Origin: Eukaryota sp. GEM-RC1
Lineage: Eukaryota
Reading direction: 5' to 3'
Assembly (NCBI GenBank): GCA_040285855.1
Contig: JAUFOQ010000001.1
Span: 3,348,001 to 3,412,000, forward strand
Length of the DNA: 64,000 nucleotides
Shown: positions 12,091 through 24,060 of the stretch, one piece after another
How the letters are laid out: each line of letters begins with the position of its first letter
Position numbering within the stretch: position 1 is the first letter of the stretch
The notes under the pieces: model-generated
Databases searched by the model: none
The model's input: only the letters and a program-made list of their open reading frames with translations
Told to the model about the DNA's origin: nothing
Translations under genes and position numbers: made by a program

Positions 12091-12469
12091 AGTTGCTTTC
12101 TGAAATGGTACCACAGTTTCCAAATTTTTGTACATTGGAACTCAATTCTACAAAATTCTCCACTGTTTGGTTGAATCTCATTTGTGGTGGTTCTGATACA
12201 AAAGGAATTTTTTAAGTTCTGTGGTCATGGAGTTCAAGACGTTACTAAATCCGACTTTGACTCTGAAGTGACTATTAAGGGTAAAACTTACAATCTACAG
12301 GATGTTAGCTCTAACTCCGGAGGTAGACCAGGATTGATTTAATAACTCTTGGCCAATGCTGATTCTAGTTTCGACTATGATACTGTTTCTGCAAAAGGAA
12401 TGTTCGAAGCCACACCTTATAGCGCAATCTGGGTCCGTTTGTGCAAACATATCGAGCGTTACCATTGAA

Positions 12470-12670
12470 ATCACCATGATATTTGCAATATTACACAGAT
12501 CTCAATGTCTCCACATGAATTGGATGGTTTTTCTACTTCTACTTGTTCTGTACTTCCCACATTGTTTGATATGGTTGATATGGGTTTTCTTCGATTTACC
12601 ACGTATCTTAATTCTCGTGCTGTTTCTCTCGCTCATTTTAAATTGTATTATTAGTATCTAGAATGGATTT
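12470..12670 (+). pseudogene. Degenerate paralog of the gene interrupted by the 14759 hAT (empty-site copy)
   Basis: MSPHELDGFSTSTCSVLPTLFDMVDMGFLRFTTYLNSRAVSLAHFKL aligns across the insertion point with MSPSELQDYSTSTTSVLPT|VYDMAEMGFLRLTTSVNSCAISLAHFRL. Confidence 0.75.
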
Positions 12671-13038
12671 CTTCAAAAATTGAACCAAATCTAGCTTGAG
12701 ATATGGAGAATCACCTTCACATTCTGTTTTGCTTCTTTAGTTTCTTCATCTGTCGAATCCAGTAAAGTACATGTAATTCGAGATTAGTCTTCTAATTACA
12801 TTTAATTTTATGATTGTGGTTGTCCCATTTATCAAGCTAGTTCGATTTCTTGTGTTTTTATTGATTTTAATTCAGTTTTAGATTATGTTCTTTTTATCTG
12901 TAAACATATTCTCTTAATGTAACGTCAAATTTCAAATATCACTTTGTACATATTTTTCTACTCTAATAATCCATCAAACTGATTTTATATCACGCCCTGT
13001 TATTGTAATTGGTATTTCAAGTAACATTTATGTGAAAC

Positions 13039-13596
13039 CAGGCTTCACTAAAGTAGTCCAAAATTCAAAATTAAAGTTGGATCCAATCTCAATTCCTCTC
13101 CCATACATTCTCTCCTGAAAATTGAAAATAGATTTCCATGACATTCCTTCCTTCCGAACAGCTCCTTCAAATCAGTTCTTCGACTGGCAACCAGCAGAGG
13201 AAGTGGTCTTTGTATTTGAATATGATGACCAAGAAGTGTCTGATGAAGATCTAGAAGAGAATGAAGAAGATGTGGTCCGAGTTGAAGAAGTGAACCCATA
13301 TGAAGATGTGGTCCAAGTTGATCCATAGTGAAAACGATATATTCTTAAGCGCTCACCCATTGCCCGCTTTCCATTTTTACATTCCAGTTTTTGGTGAGTT
13401 TCTACAATAAAACATGTATAATAGTGTACTTTTGGTGTCAAAGAGTTATTTACTGTGCTCACAAAGCAAAATAAACAAGATTGAGGTTTGTCACTTTACC
13501 GTTCCGAAATTTTAAAGTAAAGTAAAGTAAAGTAAAGTAAAGTAAAGTAAAGTAAAGTAAAGTCACTTTATCACTTTACTACTTTAGTGAAGCCTG
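13039..13596 (+). mobile_element. Internally deleted hAT element retaining an acidic transposase C-terminus
   Basis: TIRs CAGGCTTCACTAAAGTAGT / ACTACTTTAGTGAAGCCTG, perfect TSD TGTGAAAC, (AAAGT)n array. FFDW..EEV..acidic tail resembles the end of ORF 15606-17069. Confidence 0.9.
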
Positions 13597-13764
13597 TGTG
13601 AAACAAGTTTGTTTTATTTTGGTTAATTTGCATGATCGCAAAAAAGTGCCAAAATAAATCAAAATCTAAATATGTATTAATATATTGTACCAAATAAACT
13701 CTTAAATATGAATAAATCTACTGTACATAAATAGAATTTATATATATTTTTGCGAAGCCCTGTG

Positions 13765-13917
13765 TGAAGGTCAGATTCTACTCGTCAGAAGGATCATAGT
13801 TTCGATACTTTAGTTAGTGTCTGTTAGTTTGCTCATTATTTCTTGCAAACGCAATATTGCATTGTTTTGATGATAATTACTGTTTTTTCTGAGACTAATT
13901 GTGAATGATGATAATTA
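13765..13917 (+). repeat. ~150-bp repeat, inverted copy at 23098-23249
   Basis: TGAAGGTCAGATTCTACTCGTCAGAAGGATCATAGTTT... is the reverse complement of ...AAACTATGATCCTTCTGACGAGTAGAATCTGACCTTCA. Confidence 0.85.
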
Positions 13918-14758
13918 AATCTACGAATTTTGACCAATATCATAATTTATTCTATTTTTACAAAAGCAATCTCATTTGCTTCTTCAATAACTTCTTCATC
14001 CTGAAATTCGTTTACCTCCATATGTTCGGGATTCTCACCAATTGGGTCAGAGTGTTAAGGTTGTTAGGCAACACGATTTACCTCGGAAACATACTGATCA
14101 TCGATCTCGTCCATTAACATGGTAAACAAAGACGGTGGAGAAAACTCAATTGGATTGACACCCTTCAGGTCATCAACAGGTATAGTCCGATTCAGAATCA
14201 GTGCTAACACATGTATCAGTTGTACATTGGTTAGTACTGTTCAACGAATTGTTTGGACTTGGTTATCCAGTGAGATACAAGCAAAATTGCCTCTTTTTGC
14301 TCCCATTTAAGCCTTGCTTTTTGAATGGTGTCCTTCACATGTAATAACTGTTCTTTATTTTTGCAATGAAAAGGGAACTGATGGAGGATATTTGTCCTGA
14401 ACCCGGTTTACTTATTGAGTATCGTATATTTGTATGCAGTTCCAATGAAGGTATCTGGTCAAAGGAGAATGATCTGTTCACTTTCAGTCAGATGGAAAAT
14501 CATGACTCTGTGGTGTTAAATCTTGTACAATCCACTGCTACTAGTAGTGCTACGGAACAACAATTAATAATTCACACTGGTGAAATATCTGATGGTCAGA
14601 AGGGGAAAATTTGTCTCTCAATTCTGCAACAGTCGTTTCTATTTCAGCACACTTTCATTCGTCAATTCGAATTGTAGGTTGAAGTTACAAGAGTCACCCA
14701 TGATGTCTCCATCAGAATTACAAGACTATTCTACTTCTACTACATCAGTACTTCCCAC

Positions 14759-17330
14759 CAGGGATTCCTAAAGTAGTCAACTTTTTCAGAATTAAAGTAA
14801 AGTAGTGTACACTACTTTACTTTATACTACTTTACTTTACACTTTAACATACTTTAAGAATGTATAAAGTGATCCTGCATCTTACAATTTTGTTCTTCAA
14901 TTATCTCTTCAGTTTTATGACATCTCTTCCTTCCGAGGAATGGAAAACTCTCTGTGAAGTAGTGGAAGTAGTCTCTAGCACATGTGCCCGGTTCCGTTGT
15001 AAGCTGTGTGACGTCGTTCATTCTGTCAACAGGTGGACAATGGAAGGACATTTCTTACGTGACCTACCTAAAAAGCGTCCCATCTCGCTCTGTTCCAACA
15101 TTGGACCTCCTGGTTCACAAAATGCGCTCAATGTTGCTGCTCTTAGAAGATACGTAGAGACTCATTCCCGGAAACGTAAGCGGAAGGCTTCTCAACAGTC
15201 TACACCTGAGACGAAACAAAATGACCTACAGCCCTTTCTTTCTCCCGTTCCTGAACCTCCTGTCGATGAATCATCTACTGTGGTTGTCATCTCTGAGTCT
15301 GATCCAAATACATCATCTCTTTCTCCGACTTCTGCTGTCACGGCTATTCCCCAGCCAACAATTGAAACTACTATTCCCATTGCAACTTCCCCCAAGATCT
15401 GTAACTTAAAGCAGACAAAACCAAAGAAATTTTATCAAAAAGTAGCAACCAAAAACTAGATGAAGTTGTTGCTCTTTATGCTCTAGGAGAAGGATTACCA
15501 CTCACTAAAGTTTCTAAATCGACAAGGCTGCAAAATGTTATTGAAGGAGCTGTCGAGCATTATAAGCTGTACAACGAAGTTTTTGAATTACCATCTTATC
15601 AGAAATTGATGGACACAGTGGCTCCCAAAATTATTAAAAATGTTAAAAGACAAAGTACAGTCGACATTGCTACCCTTTGCACTGGTTGGACTTTAGTTAT
15701 AGATGGATCAGAGATAAATTATAACAGTTTAATTAATTTCTGCCTTGTTGGTCCACACAGGACAATTTTTTACAAATGCATTGAATGCAATTATCAGTCA
15801 AAGACTGCAGATTTCCTTAAAAATCTTTTTGTTTCAGTTCTCAACGAAATTGGTCCTGAATATGTAAATTTTGTCATTACCGATGGAGCAGCAAATTATT
15901 TAAATGCAGCAACAGCTGTCCAAGATGTTTTCCCAGCCATCACAGGGATGCGGTGTAGCATTCACACACTCAATTTGTTTTTAAAGGACATTTGCTCGCC
16001 GACTTCAAATTACGTTGTGCCTTCAATTCGAAGTATTGTCGAAAAAGCCAACAAAGTAGTTGATTTTGTTGTTAACAAGCCTTTCATCCGGAAGCTTTTG
16101 AAAAAGTCAACCCAGAAGAAATTAAAACGAATTTGTTTGACACGATTTTACACTCAATTCATCGTCATTGAAAGAGTACACGAATTGTACCAAAATGTCA
16201 ATAACACTCTCACGAATGAAGACTATATCACCTGGCTTGCTAAGCCACAACAAGCTAGAATTAGAGAAGTATCTGCTGAGGTCAAGCTAATAGTTGCCGA
16301 TGATGATTTTTGGGTTCAGGTAAAATTATTAATTGACTTCTTACGACCAATCATTGACTTAATGCTGAAAATGGACAGTCTAACGCCAATTATGGGAAAA
16401 TTGTACCGATACCTCGAATTGGAAGATCTGAGGTTATCGACAGCTCAGTTATCCATCCTAGAACCAGGTGAAATTGATAGCATAAGAAGTCGATTTCGGG
16501 TTCGAAAGAACCAATTAGCACATCCTTGTGTTAAAGCTGCATTCTGTTTGGATCCTGAAAACAGAAACATTGTCAGACTGAGTCGATACCTTGACTGTAG
16601 GAACGCACTTTTTGGTCTCATTGAACAACGGTTCGGTGAACGTAAGAAACCAGATGTTTTGCAACAGTGGAATGAGTACTTAGTTGGAACTGGGGAGTTT
16701 GAACATGAAGCAATTTTTCTTAATGCAAGGAAACAATCTGCTCATAACTGGTGGTATGCCAATGGAGGGGACCAAGAATTATCTCAATTGGCAGTAAAAC
16801 TGCTAAGTAGTGTTGCCTCCAATTCAGAAGCTGAAAGAAACTGGTCTGACTTCAGTGTTGTCTGTACCAAAGAGCGATTCAGACTAACAAGTGAGAAAGC
16901 CAGTGACTTTGTGATGATCAAACACAACCTGAAGAGGGGAAAGATAATGAGTAGAAAGTTCTTTGACTGGATTGATGAAGAAGTTCTTGGTCCTGAGCTT
17001 GACAATTTAGAGGTCACAGATGATGAAGAAGTACAGTTTGTGGTGGAGGAGATATTGGTTCCTGAGTAATCTGTAGAAGAAGTGAAAACTTGAGTGCTCA
17101 CCCACTCTTGATATGTATAGTTTAGATTTTGTAGTTTTTGGTGAGTTTCTACTTTATAAAAGTTGTTTAAATTCCTACTGTCGAAAGGAATAGATGTATA
17201 CGGGATGGCTGGAGCAACCCTAGCAATCAAGAAAGAAAGTGCTTAAAGTGCTTAAAGTACTGAAAATATCTTAAAGTAAAGTAAAGTAAAGTAAAGTGCT
17301 TAAAGTACTTTACTACTTTAAGAATCCCTG
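14759..17330 (+). mobile_element. Full-length hAT DNA transposon (2572 bp)
   Basis: TIRs CAGGGATTCCTAAAGTAGT / ACTACTTTAAGAATCCCTG, perfect TSD CTTCCCAC (14751-14758, 17331-17338), AAAGT/ACTTT subterminal repeats at both ends. Confidence 0.97.
14917..17069 (+). CDS. hAT transposase (BED zinc finger, RNase H-like DDE, dimerization domain), one frameshift near 15420-15455
   Basis: BED-like W..RFRCKLC...MEGH...C; catalytic motifs WTLVIDGS, FVITDGAANY, RCSIH (CxxH), LTRF, SNSEAERNWS. The second frame is already open from about 15425 (LSKSSNQKLDEVVALY...) into ORF 15606. Confidence 0.92.
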
Positions 17331-18175
17331 CTTCCCACTGTGTATGATATGGCTGAAATGGGTTTTCTTCGTTTAACCACTTCCGTTAATTCTTGTGCTA
17401 TTTCTCTTGCTCATTTTAGACTGTTTGTTGAATATCTACATTTGAATTCTTCAGACAAACGAATTGATGCTATTGACCGAGTGGTAATGCAGTGTCCTGT
17501 CGGAATTTACGAAGAACGAGCAGAAAAGGTCAGTTCGTATTGCATTGCTTTAAAATCACAGGAATTATTTGGATTCGAATTAAACGAGCCGGAATGTTTC
17601 CATAAATTAATCGGTTGGTTCAGATCCTGCTGAACTAGTTGAACCATACCTCCAACATAATGATTTGGATGCTGGTTCACAAACACTTGAAATCAATTAG
17701 AGGTGTATAAGGACATAAAATAGACCTACAAATCCTCTTTTAGGAAGAAAATCATTAACTATTCGGTCGGAATTCACTCTTGTTTCAATTAAAGATATAA
17801 CAACAATTTTGAAGGAAACGAGTCTTTTCCAACAGCTGTTAACAAAAAGTAGTGTGTTGAGAATTCTGAGTGAGGGAAATTCCTTCCCCCACTAAAGAGA
17901 ACTACAGAGAACACAAAGGGATGAAAAACAATGGCATATAACAAGTTGCTAGCCTTCTTAAGGATATAGGTCAAAATTCAAGGAGATGCCTCACGAATCT
18001 TGTTGACTCGGCAGGATTTCTGTTGTAAAGTCAACTGATGGAAGAAGGGACATACGATAACTTGTTTCCAGAACGAGGAACGATCAAATTAAGTTAATCA
18101 ATGGTACCCACATTAGACAGTTCATCCAACAGAGATTGAATTTGCTAAGTTAAGATCCATCCATTTCTCATCCAA

Positions 18176-19915
18176 ATGACTTCTACCCCAATCTCCCCTG
18201 CTTCTCTCTGCAACAGCCTCTACTAAACTTCACTGAAACATGATTTCATCGCTAGCTTTAAAGATCTTCAAATCCCATGCCATTCCGTCGTCCTCGTTCA
18301 GTTCTCTAAATTTTTCCATAATCTGTTTACTCTCAACTTGTCAGATGACCAGGAAACTCAAGATTTCTCTTCCCTCAATGTCTCCGCCTCTTCTTTTCGC
18401 TCCTTCTTCTCATATCTCTACGCTCAGCCAGTAAAGATTACACTTGAGAATCTTTATGAGTTCTACGTGCTTTCTCGATACTTCATGGTTGAAGATCTCA
18501 AGACTACTTGTCTTGAATTGTTAACTACCTTTTCAAACTCTACTGATTCTTTACTTTTTCTAGTTAAACAGGCAAACCTATGTCAAGATCAAGAATTCTT
18601 AAAGCATTTGTTGCCGTTTTTCATTTCTGATTTCGAAACCATACCTGAGAGTTTTCCTCTTTGTTTTGACTTTCTGTCGCTTTTTGGTGAAGAATTTGGA
18701 TTTAAAAATCAAGTTATTTGGCTATTGAATTGCTTACTGAAATCTATTGACAATCAACAAATTGATGATGAACAATTCCATTTCTTTTTAGATATTTTAA
18801 ATGTTAAGAATCTTACTGGTCATGAATTATTTCAATATCTTATTCAACCCGTCATTGATAATTCTATTTTTGAGGCTTCAATTGTCAAATTTTCGTTAAA
18901 GTATTTTTCCAATAATTCCAACATTTCAAATATTCCATTGAACTGGGTTCTGAAAGTGTTAGTCATACTAAATCGTGAAAATTCTTCAGAAGTATTTGAA
19001 ATTATTCCACTTATTTCACAGTTTCAAGATTTTTCTCATCAACAACTTCTTTCTCTGAATCCAAAAGTATTGCTTGAAATGGTCAGGAAATCTTCAAATA
19101 ATAGAGACTTTTTAATATTTTGCCTCCAAAATCTGATTGAATCCTGGTCATCTGGAAAAGGGAAGTTCTTGGCAATCAAATGATGTCAAAGACTGTCTTG
19201 AGTCAATTAATTTGTCGTTATTGACTGGGTCAGAAATACAATCGTTGATTCTTACTCCTTTAGGAGATGATGACGAGTTGGTTTTAATTATCTCCAAAAT
19301 TGCGAATAGTGTCGTTATTCCTAGTTTAGTTGATAGTTTTAAACTTCAAAAGGAAGAGTTACTGTTGAAAAACAATGAATTAGAAATGGAAGTCGACACT
19401 CTTCGTGCTTTTAAACAGAAAGTAGAAGAAGAAAATGAAAGAAGAATTAAACTAACTACCAATATTTTCAACAGTAATAATTGCGGATCAGAACTTTCCT
19501 TATCAAATAACAATACTGTCGTTAAAAAGAATGGTTCCAATGGTTATGTCAATAGTTTTGTTGAAGTTAATCTTTTGGAAGATTGTTCTGTTAAATTTAC
19601 AAGGTTAGATAATTGTACACGTGGTAATACTGACTTTATTGGTTGGAAAAAGGAGGTAGTCTTCAGAATGGTTCCCGACCGAGTCCTCATATTTGTCCTA
19701 GAGGTGACTACAGTGAGGGAATTTTCTCCCCTTCAGATCCAAATTTCCCTACAATTACCAGAGGTGAATCAATTACTGTTAGTTTTTCTAATGGTAAAGC
19801 TTACTTCAAACCTTCTACTTGTACAACTACTTTTAGTATTGATATTCCTAGTAATTTGGTTTTTGGAATGACAGTTTTCGGTCAAAATCATGAATGGAAA
19901 GTGGAACGTGTTTGA
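18176..19915 (+). pseudogene. BTB - helical - coiled coil - SPRY-like gene with in-frame TAA (18224) and frameshifts (~19160, ~19650)
   Basis: BTB (IPCHSVVLVQFSKFFHNLF...ITLENLYEFYVLSRYFMVEDLK), collinear with paralog 44341-46144 to the shared end NHEWKVERV. Confidence 0.85.
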
Positions 19916-20341
19916 TTTGTGATAGTATATCGATTACTCTTGATTGATATGTCCTGCACAGATGCTTCAATTTTTGCAAGACTCTCTTTTAAGAACTTAA
20001 CGTCGGCTTCCAATCTATCTAATTTAGACAATTCCTTCTGATTTGTACTGCTGACGAGCTGGTCTTGAATGGAAGAAAGCATCTGAAGAGAGTCAACAGA
20101 AGGATTTCTGTAATAAATGGCTTTTTCCCGCTAATCTAAGACCCACATCTGTTACTTTAATGGATCTTCTACTCCTTTGTATTTCCGAATCTACTCGAGT
20201 GTATCGAATTCTCCTTCTGTTTATTCTAAATGATCCCAAAATCACCATCGACTCCTTGTCATGACTGTGTCTGTCAAACTTCTTCTATAATTTGTTTTAT
20301 TAGAAAAGACAACGGGCTTTTTAGATCAAAACGTAGTACGT

Positions 20342-20825
20342 CAGTAGATAGATTCAACCTACTCATTAAAACACTAATACTAAAAGTCCAAACTGTACTA
20401 ACTGCAATTCTCATGAAGAGGATTTTGATATCAAGAAATCTGTTTGCTCAGTGCAACTGCAGTTCAGAACAGGAAAAAGTTCAATTTTTAAAAAATTGAC
20501 TGGATGTCACTCATTAGACAACTAAAAAAAATCAACGAGAGTACATACAATAACCAAAAAAACAACAATAAATTCAAACAGCAAAAGAGAATTCTGACCA
20601 AAACCAAAATATTTCAAATATTCAAACTTCTAACTCATTAAACAGTTACGATCCTTCAATAAAGGATTCTGCTCAAAATCTGAAATATAACCTTGCAATC
20701 TAGCAATAACTGTAGGTAAATTGGCAAGGATATGTTGCTTTCTACATTCAAGATCAGCTTGTAAACTCTGGTAATATTGCAAAACATTACCTTTGATAAA
20801 ATCAAACACTTTTTTGAATTGTTTA
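20342..20825 (-). pseudogene. Duplicated 3' end plus downstream flank of the Gle1-like gene
   Basis: Highly similar to 28190-28675 (KQFKKVFDFIKGNVLQYYQSLQAD...LKDRNCLMS*). Confidence 0.9.
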
Positions 20826-22559
20826 TTGTATTTTTCACATAGGTGCTGCAATATTACCCATGGGAATCGCATCATTTGTTGAGATCACGACATGATGTCT
20901 CATAGGGTTGCATCCGTATCTTGAAATCGAATAGTTTCTTAAGAGTTAGCTTTTCAGCGTTATACATGGGCTTGAAGCCATGGTTCAAAGTCTTTCAGCA
21001 GTGCCGTTTCGATTCGACAAAGAGTTCTATCTCTGGAATCAAACCAACATCATAAAAGCCTCTACTGTTAAGAAACCAAGGGACTTCGAATGTAAAACAC
21101 GTATCCCTGTTTAACAGTTGGAAGATGTTCATAATGTGTTAGATGAACAAACAAAAACAATTATTTTCAGCAGCAATGCACAGCAGATTATAATTCAATT
21201 TCCACCCACAATGAATGTTGAAGACAAAGGTCCATATTTCGAATCAATATACCAAACGATCCGATTTTTTTATTTTTTGGTTGTTTTCTTTATCATTACG
21301 TGGTTGAATTGATTCCAGACGATTTTACGAATATATGGAAAAGTGCTCGATGAGCGATATCCGTAGCGACTATGCAGAATATGTAGACCCCTGGATCATC
21401 GAACGTTATGATGATTCTATTTATTCAATATGTGGTGATTATTTGCACCTCTATCATGATTGCCTTGAAGCATATCTGATGGAACGTAATGACAGTGATG
21501 TAGCTTATGTGTATGAATATGACGAAGAGTTGTGGGACTACACAGAGTGGGTGGTACAATTCGCGGAACGTGCCAGATTCAGCTCCAATATCTAATACTA
21601 AACAACCTGTTTTCTGATTAAAACATGGAATAAAGGATCGATGCTAATAGGATCCCGTAGGTCTGTGTGATGTACGTTTTGATATCACTTTGTAGGTTGG
21701 AAGTACGAATTCCTGTCAGTTGTGGGAATTTTGTCACTTAAATTTAAATGCCAAAATTCCCACAAGTTTCAGGAATTCGCCAAACATATGACCGCACAAT
21801 TTTCTATCACCATTTTATCACTACTACTACTGTTGGTGTTGATCTGTTTGATGGTAACTTATCTGATCTTATTTATCTTTTGGTTTTATGTTTTGATCTC
21901 CGCTTTCTTGCTACTAGAGTCATATGATGATATAAATAGTCTATTGTCAGCCTGTCAAACCCACATTGTATCAGAGCGTATCGGGTGAACCTGTCATTCA
22001 TAGATGTCTGCTGTGGATTCCGGTGTAGATTTTTCCTTTGACACATAGACTCTTCTTCCTGCAACTTCTTGAAACGTTCAAGTTCTTCCTTAGGAATACA
22101 GTTAAGATCCGGTTTCCTGTCTGTGGTTATTGGACGTTTTCCATTCTGTGTCTGAATGTATGCCTCCATTGGTATTAGTGGGCCTGAACGGACGTCCGTA
22201 TAGCTCTTTGGCAAGTCTTGAGTTGCCGAAGTCTCATTGTTAACACGATTGTGACAGGGACATGTACACAAGACATCTACACAAGGTTGTGGAATAGTTG
22301 AAGAAGATTCTGTGATAGATGAGTTTGCTGGAAATACGACCATATATGGAACAATAAGAAACTGTTTTTTCAACAAATCATTTTATGGAACAAAAACACT
22401 AAAGATAGACACAAATACTAGAATTCAATATCATTAAAGCAACAATCATTGCTATTAAAACTCACATCAGCTTTTTCTTCATAAAACACAGTGAGAGCTA
22501 ATAGAGCTTATGAAATCATGATGTGAATTGTTTTAAAATTGAAACAACAATACGATTCA

Positions 22560-22690
22560 ACCAAAACTTGAAATCAAATTTCTTGTTCATTCTTTTTTTT
22601 GACAACTTTCTCAAAATCAGAGAGAAAACAAAGAGCATCTTTACCAAGTCGACCATAAATTGAAATTGCGAAAGGGTATAATTCGTCAAT
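22560..22690 (-). mobile_element. RLE retrotransposon C-terminal fragment
   Basis: Minus strand YPFAISIYGRLGKDALCFLSDFEK, homologous to FIPFAISILGNIG and FQPFAVSLYGNFG. Confidence 0.65.
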
Positions 22691-22691
22691 C

Positions 22692-23070
22692 CAAATGGTG
22701 GTGTTAGACCAATTGCAGGTATTTTTTCAACTTTGTGTTTTAGGAGAGTCAGAGATTCCTCTGTTGAATTCTTTAGACCGTTTCAATTTGCAGTTCGAGT
22801 TCCATATGGTACGTGTGCTGCATTAACTTCTGATTTTCTTTTTCATTCAGAATGAGCAAAATGCCATTTTAAACATTGATTTTAAAAATGCATTTAATTG
22901 TGTTTTAATATTAACTATATCTGACGATCTTTCTGAATTGTTTCTTCAGTTGATTTCTTATTTTTAGCTTTTAATTGTAAAGCATCGAATTGAATTCTTG
23001 ACAAATCGGATATTAATTCAACGAGAGGGGTTAAGTAAGGTTATCCTTTGGGTCCATTTTTGTTTTGTTG
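22692..23070 (+). mobile_element. Degenerate reverse transcriptase fragment of a CRE-like non-LTR retrotransposon
   Basis: Motifs NGGVRPIA, PFQFAV, IDFKNAFN and RGVK*GYPLGPFLFC (cf. GVxQGDPLGP). Confidence 0.8.
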
Positions 23071-23097
23071 GTAAAACTATTGAAGAGAAACTACTAG

Positions 23098-23249
23098 TAA
23101 TTATCAACACTCACAATTAGTCTCAGAAAAACAGTATTGATCATCAAAACTATGAAATATTGCATTTGCAAGAAATAATGAGCAAACTAACAGACACTAA
23201 CTAAAGTACCTAAACTATGATCCTTCTGACGAGTAGAATCTGACCTTCA
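23098..23249 (-). repeat. Inverted copy of 13765-13917
   Basis: Direct sequence comparison. Confidence 0.85.
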
Positions 23250-23789
23250 AAACACTTCTCTTTCTTTCTATTTAGTGTACTTGAGTAAGTGGAGAAAGTT
23301 TTCGTATCCAATGCCAAATCAGGGACTGACAACAATTTATTGGTACTTTCCTAACCATAACCCATTTTTGAAGAACAATATATTTGCAATAACTCTTTGT
23401 TGTACAATGTGCCTACTGTTTGACGATTAATCGTTTCAGAATTCTTCAAGGTGACTTTGTTCAAAATTGACTTGATCAATGTAAAGTGTCAAAGGGTCAA
23501 CATCCTTAAAAGGAGTTTGTGATTCATATGTTTCCCCAATGAAGAAGCTAGATGCTCTTGTTGAAAATTCTTTCCGTAATTGAAGATGTTTTTGTTGTAG
23601 TTTGTGTTCAAATTTTAGAATGTGATCAGTCTGAGTCAAAAACGTCCAATATTTATCAAAATTTGATCTCAACTTATGTCACTTTGATATGTGATTTTTG
23701 TTCGTTTTATGAATGTCAATTATTGATTAGGTTCCTAAATTTCGTAGTAATACTATTGCAATAAATTGTTGACCGTTCCTACATGATGG

Positions 23790-24060
23790 GTATAAAAAGT
23801 ATACGCGATACACTAGCTTTCTGGTTTCCCACAACTGGCCTACAAACTACCCCATAGCCAAAGCTTTGAACTTGCCTTTAATTGGATACGCTGCTCATCG
23901 ATTCAATTTGGAAGCGAAACGTATTCGAATTTTCTCATGAGCCAGCTCTTAGAAAACTTGACCCAATCATGTCCAAATTAAAAACCGCAAAACGAAGACT
24001 ACTTCTCCGCATTGATGCAAAAGTCCTGTTCGTTGCAACGTAACTAGATGGAATGTCTTT
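23790..24060 (+). pseudogene. Degenerate hAT-like transposase fragment
   Basis: PIAKALNLPLIGYAAHRFNLEA (CxxH region), LDPIMSKLK, CNVTRWN; homologous to the 39420-40290 remnant. Confidence 0.7.

Larger units (their letters stand above)
14366..17633 (+). pseudogene. Uncharacterised gene disrupted by the hAT insertion (pieces 14366-14758 and 17339-17633)
   Basis: The reading frame continues across the TSD and matches the paralog at 12470-12670. There are additional stops and frameshifts upstream. Confidence 0.6.

Noticed and set aside
13513..13563. (AAAGT)n as telomeric or CRISPR-like repeat
   Set aside because: It has no spacers and lies within hAT subterminal regions (also 17273-17297).
18224..18226. 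Stop-codon reassignment (TAA/TAG = Gln)
   Set aside because: The long intact ORFs (kinesin, LRR, transposase, kinase) contain no in-frame TAR despite many Gln codons, and several end at TAA or TAG in sensible places. The in-frame stops occur only in decayed copies.
21118..22376. Short ORFs 21118-21312, 21335-21595 and 21873-22376 as genes
   Set aside because: Plausibly coding remnants, but with no recognisable motif or paralog in the window to support a call.
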